Source of the DNA: Octopus vulgaris | Taxonomy: Eukaryota | NCBI GenBank assembly: GCA_951406725.2 | Contig: OX597815.1 | Span: 23,064,001 to 23,128,000, forward strand | Direction of reading: 5' to 3' | Length of the DNA: 64,000 nt | Part shown: in pieces, positions 11,441 to 26,102 of the stretch | Numbering within the stretch: position 1 is the stretch's first letter | Layout of the letters: each line of letters starts with the position of its first letter | The notes under the pieces: generated by a model | The model's database searches: none | What the model saw: only the letters and a program-made list of their open reading frames with translations | What the model was told of the DNA's origin: nothing | Program-made: the position numbers and the translations under genes

Positions 11441-12812
11441 ATCTAGACTATCTCTTACACTATTGTCTTAAAAACATATTAGTAACAAGTGCTGTTAAAT
11501 AGAGATGTGTTCTTGTTAACCAAATTGTGTCAGATGGGTGTTCCCAATTAGCACTATGTTAGCTCACTTTCATATTTAATTCCTCAAAGGAAAATAGGAT
11601 CAAAGTTTTATTTTTGAGCAAGAAATCCATATAATGCTACAGAGAATATCTCTCATGTGTTCAGCTGTCTCCCGCATTATTACACATCTTCCTCTCATAT
11701 TGCTGTATCTACTGAAACTCCATAATCTTCTAAGTGAAATAAGTTACAAATTAAAAACAGAATGTATTTAAAAGTAAAATAATGATTGAAACATCACACC
11801 AGGGTATCTATTTGCTGATACCTATGGTTTGTGAACAAGTTTTCTCTTATGAAATAACTAACACTTGCCTGGAACATGTGTAAAACGAATTTTGGCTTCA
11901 GATAGAGTATTTCTGATAAAAATTTAGTGATAATCAGCAAGAGTGATGGCATCTATGAAAAATGAACCTCATGAAAGCTGGATAAAAGCAAAATTTAATA
12001 TGAAAAGAAAAAAAATTCTCCTTCCAATTATTTTTACTATACCATGAAATATCAACACCATTATAAAGTAGATAAATATTTTTCTTCTTTTTCACTGTCT
12101 TATTCATTGGAGGAAAATCGGTACCCATGAATCGTTTCAGGGCTGCCAGAACTAATGAGAGAAAGAGAGAAGTTTAACTTTAGACTAGAAACTGACCTAA
12201 ATATTTGCAACATAATGAATTCCATTAAAGTCTCTCAAGGGCCAGGTGGTAGTGTTAAACTATAGCTCATGGATTAAGTCTAGCATTTAATTTTAATTAG
12301 TTATTTAATTAGGAGTTCATATGAAGCTTTAGTAGTAATTATTATTACATTATAGACTCTAAAAATAGATAAATTTTTTATTACTAAATAAGTCTCCCGG
12401 CTCCACATGAAAGAAGATACTAGACAGTTAGTCATGCTTTCCCCCGAGGATGCTAGACTGGGATGCATTTTTTATGCAATAATTTTTATAATGAATTACC
12501 TTTACAACTGTAAATTTCTCAAATATTAAGTTAGAAAAGAACATTTTTTTTAAATCAGGCAAACTGGAGCAAACAATCTTATGTGATTTACTCAGTTAGA
12601 CAAGACAATAGCTAAATTAGTCAGTAGTTGATAAATGTATGTCCCATAACTTTGTAGTTGAGAAAATAGAGATCAATCAAATAACAGACTGATAAAGCAT
12701 TGAGATTGATTTAATTAACTAAAACCTTTGAAGATGTTGTCAAACCATTAACTGAAACCAGGAATATATATATTCCATTTTCTAACTTTCTTTTGAATGA
12801 TTATGAATTATG

Positions 12813-12849
<37 letters not shown>

Positions 12850-13859
12850 AATCTCATTCTGTGTGTGTAAAAAATTGTGATGGTCGTATTTTTCAACTGA
12901 TTTTCTCCAAACTGGGAACATACATTACTTATGTTCCAGAGATGGTTTTAGATTCTTAAAATTTTCCACATAATTTATGTTCCTGGGTTATATAAAGAAG
13001 GGAGGTAACTCTTTGCGAAGCAACTTTCAGAAATTGATCGTCTTCCTTACAGCCATTGGTCATAAAAAATAGAAAATATTGCTTTTTATATTAGATTCAT
13101 TTACATATATACCAAACTAGTTTCAACAATATTTTTTGTTTATCATTGGTAAAAATTTAGAATTATGAATTAGAAAAACATCTTTAAAAGTTTCAATGTT
13201 GACAAATTTAAATGTTCATAACAGACAAATTTAGAATTATGAATTAGAAAAACATGTTCAGAAATTTCGATGTTGACAAGTTTAAATCATTATATTAGGC
13301 AAAATCTCTTCCGAGGCATAGAGAAAAGATATGCCATTAGGTTTTTTAAATGTATTTTAGAATCATCACAGCAGACTGAGTATATATCTATCTTATTAAA
13401 AGACAAGTTGTCTGTCTGTGTGTGTGTTGTGTGAACCACTTCTACTCCTACAATTTTCAACAAAATTTCACCAAATTTGACATGTGTGCTCTCTTTGACT
13501 TAGGACACATTTTCTTATAATTTCTTCCTCGAAATTCCACGCCCCCAACATAAATAGACTACTCTCAATTCGCCTAGGATTTGGCTTGAGCCAACGAAAA
13601 AACATGACACACACCCAGCTGGAAAAAATCAATATTTTACTTTGTCAGCTGTGGCGAGCTCTTATCAACTGCTTGCACAGTACTGCCAGCAGTATTCATT
13701 TGCTAGTTACAATTTGCCTCTGTTTTCACATGAGCTCTCTTTTTCATATAATTATTCCAACTTAAACTAGCCACTTCAAAACACTTACCCAAAATTAAAA
13801 ATCCTTAATTCAGTCTGTTTGATTAACATTTTTGCCAATTACATTTTACTATTTTTTGG

Positions 13860-15730
13860 GTGCTACACATTCACTGGTTTTTCCTTAGGACATTTTCTAT
13901 TGCATAAACTGATAATTTTCCACCATGCCTCAATGGAGGAGATAATATTATCAGAGAAGAGGTTAGAGAAGGGTGTAGAAAGGTCCAAACTATTAGTATT
14001 ATTAATGTAATTATTACTATTATTGTTATTGTAATTATAGTTGTTGTTAATTGTACTATTTGTAAGAGTGGTAGGGGTTGTAGTAGGATGGGTTGGGTCA
14101 TGGTTGAGGCCTAATGTAAGGGGTTTTGTGGTGGAGTTGTGTACATGTTGAGCGTTCATGTATCTAGAGTTATAATTATGTGAGTTAGAGTTCAGTATCT
14201 TAAAGAAGGATTTAGTTAAGTTCTTAATGTTAAGTGAGAAGGGTGTGTACCACAGAAAGGAGCATCCACCACTTTTTTGGATGTTTAGGAGTAGTGTTAT
14301 CCACATTTTTGGAGAATGGAGGTGGGTAGTAAAGTCTGTTGTTGTTAGCTGTTTTAGTTTTTGATCTAGTGTTAAATGTATCCATGCGGGGTCTAGGTTG
14401 TCTAGGTGCAAGACCTTCCGGGGTTCTATCAAAGTGTATGTGTGGTCAGTTGTGATTCTGATGGTTGGTGTATCTTTATGATGTGACTTGTGATATACAT
14501 TGTTTGAGCCTGGTGTTTTGGATGTATTTTATTTGTTGGGAGAAGCCACTAGTGGCTTGTGCTTGATTGTAATAAGGTGTGTGGTTATTGCAAATTTCCT
14601 CAGTGGAAGAGAGGTCAGATATACGGGTCAAGATATCCTTGATTATGTTAGCAAAAGTGGATTGTGGTAATTGGAATGAATGTTTAGATATCTAAGATAT
14701 TGGTTAGGTTTGTGGTAAGGGGAGTATTGGCAGGTAGATAAGTTTAGAGTTACACCTAAAATGTTAGAAGTTTTGTGAGAATTTTCAAACGTCATAGAGA
14801 GGTTTAAGTTAGAAAAGAATTTGTGTACATCCTTTCTAGTTCTTTCCAAGGAGGGTTTACTTATGTTTTTGGTAACTAGCAAGGCGTCATCTCTGTAGAG
14901 AGCCCCTTTGATGCTAGGAAAATGTATTTGGAGCTGGTGAAGTATATATAGTCCAACTAGGTCAGTGACTTGGAGAGAATCAGATGATCCCATGGTAATG
15001 TCAAATAAGTTGCTATGCTTATTGTTGTGGTGATTGGCTCGGCACCAGAGCTTGTCCTCAAAGAAATAAGTATTTTGCAGGCATTAAGGATTATGTTAAT
15101 TTCCAGTGGGGTTAGGTTAGTCAGGTTCTTAGCTAGAGGAAGAGCTTGATTTAGAAGTTTAGGAGAAATAGAAGAATAGTTATTATTGATGTCAAATACT
15201 ATCAAAACTAATACCTACTTACATATCACTCCACACTTGCCTTCTCTCTACCTTTTTTGTATTCAATTCTTAATACAGTTCTACTCACATATTTCACACT
15301 CTTTTATTCCTTACCCTCTCATCTCTTCCCTCTCTCCCTCTAACTTCTCCCTTGCTCCTATCACTTCATTCTGGCCACAAGCTAACACATCCTCTTTCAT
15401 TTCATTCTTTCTCTCTTCATTTCTCTTTGTCTCCCTCCCTTTTGCTTCTTCTCTTTTCCTCCCATTCTCTCTTCCTGTTTTTGATTTGACCTATGTCTTC
15501 TTTCTAATCATACACATCTCTCCTCCTTCTATCTATCCATTGACACTACCAACACATTTTAATTCACAACAAAAACCCCTCAATCAACCAACACTGTTTA
15601 CAAGGTTGTATGCTTGGAATGACCAAATCTCTTCCTTACATTTCCTCCTTCATGCACTATGCCTAACTCTCACCCCCAATCCTGTCCTCATGGCCCTGTT
15701 CCTCTGTATTATTACTATCCAGTAGCCCCC
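13860..15730 (-). mobile_element. Penelope-like retroelement, degenerate RT region
   Basis: FDINNNYSSI; MGSSDSLQVTDLVGLYIL; LYRDDALL; PYHKPN..YLNIHSNY; WYTPFS..., all PLE RT/thumb-type motifs, with frameshifts. Confidence 0.85.
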
Positions 15731-18004
15731 ACCCCGACTCTATATATATACTCAGGTTTTCTCAGATGAGAAAAAATTTCTGCCAGGATCAGATGAACAC
15801 ACAGAATAGCCATTGGCAATATCCTGCCATTTATATTGAGTTCAAACCTCAAGGGTATGCCCTGGCACTTACCACCATCTATATCTCTCTCTTCCTTTAC
15901 TCAATCATCCCATTTATATTCTGATCCCCGTCCCTTGTGAGTATGCCCAGCACTTTGCTACCATCTCTATCCTGCTGCCTCCCACTCTGTCTCTCTCTTC
16001 ATCAAGTTGGGTAACCACATATTTCCTTTGCAGCAGTGCACCTGTTTCTGTCTTCATTCCCGATCTCTCTCTCTTGGGCCAGGTAACCTAGTACTTCCTC
16101 TACAGCAAGACACCTTTTTCTGTTTCTCTGCTTCACTATCACTTTTCCTCATCCAATGCAAGAGCACCTTCTCTAATGCCCCCACCCCTCTCAAAAGATT
16201 TTAATTTTTGTCTTGCAAGTTACTTGGTGACCCTGTGAGTGCAAGTGCCACTTAAAAGCACCCAGTCCACAATGTAAAGTGGTTGGTGTTTAGAAGGGCA
16301 TCCAGCTGTAAAATACTTGCCAAAACTGACCTCACCTGTACTTGTGCCACATAAAAAGCACTAAGTTCACTTTGCTGAGTAGTTGGTGTTAGGAAGGGCA
16401 TCCAGCTGTAAAAATCATGCCAAAACAGATACAGAAGTCTGGTGCAGGCTTCTGCCTGGTCGGCTCTTGTTAAACCTATTTCTTTACTACCCACAAGGGG
16501 CTAAACACAGAGGGGACAAACAAGGACAGACAAACGGATTAAGTCAATTACATCGACCCCAGTGCGTAACTGGTACTTAATTTATCGACCATGAAAGGAT
16601 GAAAGGCAAAGCCAACCTCGGCGGAATTTGAGCTCAGAACGCAGCGGCAGATGAAATACGGCTATGCATTTTGTCCGGCGTGCTAACGTTTCTGCCAGCT
16701 CGCAGCCTTAAACCGTCCCACCCATGCCAGCATGGAAGGCAAATGTTAAATGACGACATACACGTACATATACATATGTATATTCAGACATAGTTCTATG
16801 TAACAGTATTTCAAGTGAAGATTCAGGCATAAATCTTGAATTTTCTAGTGCAGAATGGTTGCTGGGAATTTTATAGACTTCTTAGATATTTAAGAACTGA
16901 CAACCATCAACTTAACAGATACTTTTGCCATCAATTGGTTATAGGTTATATTCAAGCACAGTATAATGCAAGTTGATTATTTTAGTTTGGTTTACAAACT
17001 ACATTTTAAATACAATAGTGTTTCTTGTGTTAATAGCAACAACAGCTGCAGCACAAATGTGCACTTCGCCAATCAATTGAGACTACTTAAATTTTCTTAC
17101 TTCCTTGACTCAACTGAAGAAAGTCTTCTTATTTTGATCTACTTTAATAACATTGATTTCTTATAAATCCCCATAAACAGATCATATCTATAAATAATCT
17201 TTGAGTGAAACCAAGTAACTGTTTACTCAAAACAGATATAATTTCTCCTAACATTCTCAACTGCATTTCTCTGCTAGCAAAATAAAATCAACATTTACTA
17301 AACCAGTAAATGGTTGAACATTGGTTTCTCCTTACAAGATATCATCATCATTTAGCATCCGTTTTCCATGCTAGCATGGGTGGACGGTTCAACTGGGGTC
17401 TGTGAAGCCAGAAGGTTGCATCAGGCACAGTCTGATCTGGCAGTGTTTCTACGACTGGATGCCCTTCCTAACGCCAACCACTCCGCGAGTGTAGTGGGTG
17501 CTTTTTACGTGCCACCTGCACAGCAGGTGCCAGACGGAGCTGGCAACGGACACGAACGGATGGTGCTTTTACATGCCACCGGCATGGTGGCGCTGGCAAC
17601 GGACACAAACGGATGGTGCTTTTACGTGCCACCGGCACGGGGGCCAGGCGAGGCTGGCAACGGACACGAACGGATGGTGCTTTTATGTGCCACCGGCACG
17701 GAGGCCAGTCGGGGCGGCACTGGCAACAGCCACGAATGGATGGTGCTTTTTATGTGCCACTGTCACGGGGGCCAGGTGAGGTTGGCAACGGCCACGAACG
17801 GATGGTGCTTTTTATGAAGATTAATTTTTATAGTCAAGTGAATCAACCTGTGTATATTACCGGTACATGTTTTATTGACCCTAGCATAGTAAAATACAAC
17901 TGACTTCTGGCTTATTTTAAAAGGTGTAGGAAGAAGGGTGAAATTAAAGGCTGTAATCTCATACTCCTTTTTCATGCCAATTTGTTGCGTTATGTTTCTT
18001 ACAG

Positions 18005-19107
18005 GTGAAACTCTCTGCAATGGGTGTGGGGGATGACCTTTTTAACTGGTTGAAATCCTTCATCTTCAGCCGAAAGGAGGTAGTCACAGTTCTAGGACAG
18101 CACTCTACACCATATGAGATGTCATCGGGTGTACCACAGGGATCTGTCCTTGGTCCCCTCTTGTTTGTGGCATACATTAACGACATAGATGCCAATTTAA
18201 AGAATGCCACAGTATTGAAATATGCAGACGACATCAAGCTGTACCTTGAAATCAAGAGGACAGATCCTGATGTCTACAACTCTTTCCTGCAATCAGACCT
18301 AGACACAATGCAGCAATGGATCACAGACTGGCAACTGAAACTGGCTGTGGACAAGTGTACCACCATGCATTTTGGGAGAAAAAACCCTGCGTTCACATAC
18401 TCCCTCCACAACACTGATATCAAGAAATCCTCTTGCGAGCGTGACCTAGGCATCACTGTCAGGAGTGATTTGCGTTGGTCAAAGCATATCTCTAAGATTG
18501 TCAGGAAGGCCGAGGGTGTCTTGGCATCACTCAGCAGGTCTTTTGTTAGCCGCTCTCCAGCCATCTATTTAAAACTGTATACAGCTATGGTACGACCACA
18601 CTTGGAATTCGCATCATCAGTTTGGAACCCCTATCTTGCACAGAACATTGACCTCCTGGAATCTGTCCAGAGACGTGCAACCAAACGCATACCCTCCATC
18701 AGACACCTACCATATTCTGAGCGCCTTGTTTCCCTGGGCATAGATTCACTGAAGCTCCGGCGTTTGGCGACGGACTTGGTAAACACCCACAAAGTTATCA
18801 ACCACCTCACCAACAACAACACTGAACACCTTTTTGATCTCCATGTGTCTAACACACGTGGACATGCCTACAAAGTCAGAAAACAATACAGCTCCCATGA
18901 CTTTCGGAAACATTTTTTCACGCTCAGAGTTGCTGAAGCATGGAATAAACTGCCTGCGTCAGTTGTTGACTGCCATGACACTGCATCTTTTAAGGCCCTC
19001 ATGCTTTCCGAAATCCGCCGAAACTACACCTGATTATATATACACTTTAGATGAGTTGTAGTGCACCTGAGCACTGTACACAATTATTATTATTATTATT
19101 ATTATTA
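18005..19107 (+). mobile_element. 5'-truncated CR1-clade LINE (RT C-terminal half and 3' tail)
   Basis: [50 protein letters not shown]; (ATT)n tail; 342 codons without a stop, so probably young. Confidence 0.93.
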
Positions 19108-21758
19108 CATTAGAAGCTGCATTGTACTTTAATTTATAGTTTTTCTCAAAAGTAAATCTTCATCCTGGCATTGTCATAATTCACTTAGGGGTTCCAAATG
19201 GCAGACTGGATAAACCTGTAATCCAAATAACTTACAATATTATAGTAGGCGCGGGCATGGCTGTGTGGTTAGGGAGCTTGCTTCCTAGCTACATGGTTTC
19301 GGGTTCAGTCCCACTGCGTGGCACTTTGGGTAGGTGTCTTCTGCTATAGCCCGGAGCTTTGTGATTGAATTCGGTAGGTGGAAGTTACTGCCGTGTGTGT
19401 ATATGAGCATGTAGGTGCTTGTGCCTCTCCGAAAGAGAGAGAGAGGGATTTAGTTACAGCTCTTTATAATACAAGTTAAAATTGTTCTTTTTCTCATCCG
19501 TGCTTGCATCTTTATTGACAAGCCCAATACAGGAGCTTCTGCATGGCCGTTCAACCTGCTAAAAATAGCAGCCAAATAACTCACTTCATACCATTGTAAA
19601 AAAAAGAAAAGGGTAAAAGTGAAGAATACATTATATACAATGTCACTGATAACCCTAAAGGCAGTTTGGCTATGCCTGAAATGTTTTCCCTTATAGGTCT
19701 AGTTTTAACTTCCGTCTTCCACGTTGGCCTGGTTTGAATGATTTGACAAGATCTGAAGTGTGTTAGGACTGCAAATGCTCCTGTGTCTGTGTTAGCATGG
19801 CCTCTACAGCTAGATGCCCTTCCCAATGCTAATCCACTTTATTGGGAGCTATTTTAGTGCCACCAATCCTAGTGAACTCACCAAGTAGCTGACAAGACTA
19901 AGATTCTGTTGAACTGAAAAGGACTACAATAGAGAGGGAAACAGCTTTATGTTAGCTGATGAAAGGTTAGAGTATGAAGGAAGGAACAGGAACAATTTTC
20001 TTGCTGTGAAGGAGATAGAAGACTGCTCATATTATACAGAAATTGGGGTGAGTAATTAATCTGTAACTGGATACAGAAATGATAATGGTGATGAGATGAC
20101 AGGGCAAGACCTGGGGCCAAAATTTTCACATGTAGAGATTACAAGAATATATGGTGAAAAAGAGGGGTCCATCACCTAAAAAATTGCTGCTCTTGTAGCA
20201 AAATTTGAAACCAGAGATGTGGCCATGCGTATGTGTATCATCATCATCATTGTTTAACATCCGTTTTCCATGCTGGCATGGGTTGGATGGTTTGACTGAG
20301 GTCTGGAAAGCCAGTGGCTGCAATAGGCTCCAGTCTGATTTGGCAATGTTTCTATACCTTGATGCCCTTCCTAATTCCAACCATTCCAAGAGTGTACTAG
20401 GTACTTTTTACATGCCACCAGCACAGTAGCCAATCAGGGGGCACGGGCATCGGCCATATTCGGATGGTGCTTTTTATGTGCCACCGACACGGGAGCCACT
20501 CAGGCAGCCCTGGCATCAATCACGTTCAGACAGTGCTTTTTACATGCCGCCGGCACGGGAGCCAGTTGGGGGCACTGGCATTGGCCACACATATATATGT
20601 GTGTGTGTATGTAAGGCCTTGCAGTACATTCAGTATGATGCCAGCAGCAAGTCAAAAAGTTCTAAAATCTCAGTTTCATTTCTTTTGGTTTAGGTCTTTC
20701 AGAGAAAGAAGCATGGGGACACAGTCTCATTTCCCTCCTCCCCTTTACAGAAAGAGATGGCATTGTGGTGTGAATATACTAAATGAACAAGGATTGAGGC
20801 AGAGGGGTGTCAATGATAAATATGAGTTAAATGAAAGGATGAGAGATGATGACCAGAGGTTGGGTAGGGTAGAGGATAAAGATAGTGAATGGTGGAGTTG
20901 AGGGAAAGATCAAGGGTACCGGCAACAGAATACAGAGAGGTGAAGAGCAGCAGAATAATAAAAGAATAAACAGGAAGATGAAAGAAAGAGAGATGTTGTA
21001 TGGGTGGACAGTTGCAAGAGTGAGTGGAGAAAAAGACAAGTGTATGCGGAGAATAAGATGTATAGTGACATGAGAAAGTCAATAGAAAGTGGTTCAACGG
21101 AGAGGGACCATGACTGGCACTGTAGGTTATAATGATGAGATTTCCAGTTGATCTGATTAACAGAGCAACTTACTTGTGAAATTAACATGCAAGTGGTGAG
21201 CACTCCAGAGACATGAAAACCCTTAAACATAGGACACAGAAAGTGCAGTCCTTTAAAAAATACAGGTACTATACACAAACACACATATATATATAAATAT
21301 AATATATCATATATATATCATCATCATCATCGTTTAACGTCCGTTTTCCATGCTAGCATGGGTTGGATGGTTTGACCGGGGTCTGGGAAGCCAGGAGGCT
21401 GCACCAGGCTCTAATCTGATCTGGCAGTGTTTCTACAGCTGGATGCCCTTCCTAACGACAACCACTCTGTGACTGTAGTGGGTGCTTTTTACATGCCACC
21501 AGCACAGGTGCCGGGGAGGCTGGCAACGGCCATGATTGATTGGTGCTTTTTACGTGCCACCAGCATATATATATATATATATATATACGACAAGCTTCTT
21601 CCAGTTTCCCTCTACCAAATCCACTCACAAGACTTTGGTTGCCCCAAGGCTATAGTAGAAACCACTTACCCAAGTCGTCATGCAGCGGGACTGAAACTTG
21701 AACCGGGTGGTTGGAAGCAAGCTTCTTACCTTGCAGCCACACCTATGTCTCTCTATAT

Positions 21759-21972
21759 TTGAGAGGGTGCTGAAAAGTTCCTGGCTTTGGTTAAAAGAAA
21801 ATACAGGATCAGTTATTTATGATTTTATCCAACATGTTCTCCTCTCAGATTCACAAACTTATTGCAGTAATCCTTCAGTTTTTCTAAGCCCTGTAAAAGA
21901 ACTTCGAAAGTTGGACCTTCAACCAGATCTTTTACGATACCCCTAAAGCCAGGAATTTTTCAGCAACCCCTC
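21759..21972. mobile_element. Mariner-type MITE
   Basis: TIR GAGGGTGCTGAAAAGTTCCTGGCTTT / AAAGCCAGGAATTTTTCAGCAACCCCTCA followed by TA. Confidence 0.75.
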
Positions 21973-22965
21973 ATATATATATATTACATACATAAGTGAG
22001 AGAGAGAAAAAGTGTGATAACAATATTGACAAATAAGATTCTACGTAGGAAGATAGATAACTGAGATCAATGAAATCTATTATTTGTGTGTCACACACTG
22101 ACACATTCAGTCCTTATTATCATAATTGATTCTTTAAAATACATTCTTTCAACTGAGGAGCTGACATGAAAATCTTTTGGCTCATACAGAAGAATGCAAA
22201 ATTCTTTAAAAAAAAAATTGTAAAATTTATAGATGATGGGTAAAATATTACTTTAAAAAAGTTATACATTTTGCTAATCTAGTCCACAATTAAAAACGTA
22301 TGTTAATTCTATAGTCCCTGGCAAACATTTTTTTATAAAACAGTACTTTTATTATTTCTGAAAGGAGGAATGTTAATGTATAAGAATAGGGGTAAAATAT
22401 TACTTTAGAAAAAAAGTTATACATTTTGCTAATCTAGTCCACAATTAAAAACGTATGTTAATTCTATAGTCCCTAGTAGACATTTTTTTATAAAATAATA
22501 CTTTTATTATTTCTAAAAGGAGGAATGTTAATGTATAAGAATAGCACTGTATACAATGGAACCAGTCATCACTCACAAGTGAATATGGCTTGGAAACATG
22601 TTGTACATGATTCGGCAAATTATTTTAGGTGCCTGTGTAGTCACCAGCTGACAGACATACTCTCAGCCTTCCAAGATGTGACAACTAAACAGAGAAAAGG
22701 CTACATCAGTTGAGTAAATATGAACAGTTAAAATGACGTCACTTGTTCAAGAAAACAAAGCATTACCTAGTCCAGGAAATGAACCTAGGTCATGAGCTGA
22801 ACACTCCTAACTAGTAGGCCAGGTGTTACCACCAATATACACACACACACAAAGCACACTTCAACAGAAAACTGCTAAATAAAGCATCTTTAAAAGCCAG
22901 GAACAAGTAATTTGTATTAAGAAGGCGATGCAGAAATTCATCAGATTTTTTTCACACAATTTGTA

Positions 22966-24196
22966 TACATGGTCTGATCAATAAGCATTTGGACTCTCTC
23001 TATCCGCTCAGTCGAAGTCGACTCTCAGTCACTCGTTGGATTAGTGTCCTCCAGTCAGTTCTATCCTAGGCCACTTCCTTCAAATTGGCCATGTCCATTC
23101 CGGTATCACTCCTGATGGTGTCAAACCAGCGGGTTCTTGGTCGGCCCCTTCCTCTCTTGCCACTGACCATTCCGAGCATGATGTCCTTCTTCAGGGATTC
23201 TCTCCTCATAATATGACCAAAATATGCCAATCTACGCTTGGTGATCCCAGCTTCTAGCGACATTTTCGGCCTTATCTGCTTAAGAACTTCTCCATTGGTG
23301 AACCTCGCTGTCCATGGAATCCACAAAAGTCTTCTCCAACACCAAAGCTCAAATGCATTAATTCTCTTCTGGTCAGCTTTCTTTAGTGTCCAGTATTTGG
23401 ACTATTGCTATAGTAATGAAGCTAAAGCACAGAGAGTGAAGCCACTTGGCACAGATTGACCTTGACCTCTGCTGTGCATGTGCACTAAGTTTTAATGTTC
23501 TAGCTCACATCTGCTGTTTACAGCAGTGCTTGGAAGGAAGGTGTGTAGCGTGTGATCATCACACTGACCAAGACAGAGAAACTTGAGCAGAGAATCTGCA
23601 TCAAATTTTGCCAAAAGCTTGGCAATACCTGATCAGAGGCCTACGCAAAGTTCTCACAAAGTTTTTGTTATGGACACAATCGAGGTCTTGTGCAACTGAA
23701 ACCCGAGTGACTTTTTGGTCAGCTGAAAGCAGGTTTGGCAGAAACGTGTCTCATACCCAAACCTTCAGTGATAATGGACTGAACTGAACTGTCACTAATC
23801 TACAGATCTTATCACATCCTGTGATAACTCACGTATAGTGACTCAACAATTTCCCCTCACAGCTGCGATGTTTTTCTGTTCTGCTGGTTGCAAGTCTCAA
23901 AGAATGTTCGACAATATCAACATTTTTTCGACCATCTTGAAAACGTCTGAACCACTCGTACACTTGTGTGGCTCATACACTCCTCTCGACAACTCTCTGT
24001 TAAAATCAAAGCGACAATCACATGCTACACACCTTCCTTCCAAGCACAGCTGTAAACAGCAGAAGTGAGCTAGTATGTAAAAAGAATGTGCATGCACAGC
24101 AGAGTTCAAAGTCAATTTGTACTAAGTGGCTTCACTCTGCATGCTTTAGCTTTGTTACTATGGCAAAAGTCCAGATACTTATTGGTCAGACCTCAT
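22966..24196. mobile_element. Mariner-derived non-autonomous element with long inverted arms, interrupted by an RTE
   Basis: Left TACATGGTCTGATCAATAAG, right CTTATTGGTCAGACCTCATA; transposase N-terminus EQRICIKFCQKLG near 23585; arms 23400-23455 vs 24118-24180. Confidence 0.78.
22996..23394 (-). mobile_element. RTE (BovB-like) LINE 3' fragment
   Basis: IPWTAR.TN.EVL, LAYFGHIMRR, GKRGRGRPRTRW; flanked by ATTTGGACT direct repeats. Confidence 0.88.
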
Positions 24197-26066
24197 AATA
24201 TGCACTTTATATACTAATCTTACATCAGTGTGTTTGACTTTTTCATTTGATATTAACTGAGCCCATAAATAGTTTTTAACATAAATTTTTCTTTGCCATA
24301 TGAAACAATTTTAAGAGAAAATGATTGGCATGCTTTTGTTAAATGGAATTCATTTGATTTTACTTGAATAGATTTTTGAGTAATATCTGGAAACGATTGC
24401 TGCCAGTGTAGAGGAAGGGAAAATATTTATTCTCAGCTTTGAAAATCTCATTAGAGAGTGGATTAATAAAAAAAATTAATTAACAAATATTTTGGAAGAT
24501 TAATCCTTTCATATTTAAGCTGGCTCTATCCACCCAAAATATTCCACCAGTTTTATTTTTAAATGAGCCAGATTTGGCCTCTCATACATGCCCTATAATG
24601 TTATTCTAAAAATAAACAATCACATCAGCAAAATCTCTAAGCTTTGAGATAGTGAATGATAAATAAACATCACATTTGACAGAGAAATGCTGAAGTGTTA
24701 AATCTTTAGTTTTATTTAAGTATCAATCAATGCACAATTTTTCTTTTTCAAAATGCATGCGGACATGTAGATTTAACATTAATCAATACCATGGCAGTTA
24801 AAGTTGATAGGAACTGGATTTTTGTCATCAACATCGTTTAATGTCCGCTTTCCATGCTAGCTTGGGTTGGACGATTTGACTGAGGACTGGCGAACCAGAT
24901 GGCTTCACCAGTCCTCAATCTTGATCTGGCAGAGTTTCTACAGCTGGATGCCCTTCCTAATGCCAACCACTCCAAGAGTGCAGTGGGTGCTTTTAACATG
25001 CCACTGGCACGAGGGCCAGTCTGGCAGTACTGGCAACGGCCACGCTCGAAAATGGTGTTTTTTACGTGCCACCTGCACAGGAGTCAGTCCAGCGGCACTG
25101 GCAACGACCTCGCTCGAATGTTTTGTTCACGTGCCAGCGAGGCGACACTGACAACGATCACGCTCAAAAGGTGCTCTTTACATGCCAGACAGCTGCTCTG
25201 ACAGTGATCCCGCTTGAATGGAGCTGTTAGCGCTCCACTGGCATGGGTGCCAGTCATCGAATTTGGTTCTATTTCGATTTCACTTGCCCTAACAGGTCTT
25301 CGCAAGCAGAGTTTAGTGTCCAGTGAAGGGAGGTTGGCATGGGTGCCAGTTGACGAATTTGGTTCGATTTTGAATATGAAGAATGCTTTTTTATTCCCAA
25401 TAACATGTACCTAGATTATAGAGAACTGATACAAACTTGTTTTAAATACTTTGTAAGTCAGAGAAAAAACGGAACACATGAGAATAAATAGAGAGAAAAC
25501 ACAAAATATGAAGTTGTTAGGTTTTTGTTCTTTTTAATGTAAAAATAATTTATTTTCCAGATATCAGATGTATTGTTTTTGAGTTTTGGATGAAATAATG
25601 ATAGTTGATCAGATCAGTGGCATCGCACAGGCAATAGCACATTAGGATGTGGATGTAGCAATGAGTATTGGTAGCTTTATAATAAAGGTCCCTTATAGAA
25701 GAGGAAATTAGAGTCAAAATACAACAAATGAGGGACAAGTACCTACAACTGAAGACAGAAATCAGGAAGATGAGCAACATTGATTTGATGAGATGATCAA
25801 TAACACTATAGGTCTCCATAGATTTATCAAGAAGGAAAACGGATATGAATTCAATACACCAATATAGTTTAAACGTTAGCTGAATTACTCGTGATACTTA
25901 ACAGTACTTCTCATATTCATAGCTCAGTATTTTTTTCATGACACTTGGATATATTTCTCATATGATTTAACATCAGCTGAACCATTCACGCCCCTGATGA
26001 CAAAGTTTCAGATAAAATTAAGATTGGTTCTCTGCTCTGTGTGTGTGTATATATATATATAAGAGA

Positions 26067-26102
<36 letters not shown>

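Noticed and set aside
17368-17903. Recurrent '[17 protein letters not shown]' ORFs as a gene family
   Set aside because: Antisense translations of the RTE 3'UTR repeat; frames and ends differ between copies.
17981-18010. Intron inside the CR1 element (ttcttacag|gtg)
   Set aside because: No upstream CR1 sequence is visible; a 5' truncation next to an AG is the simpler explanation.
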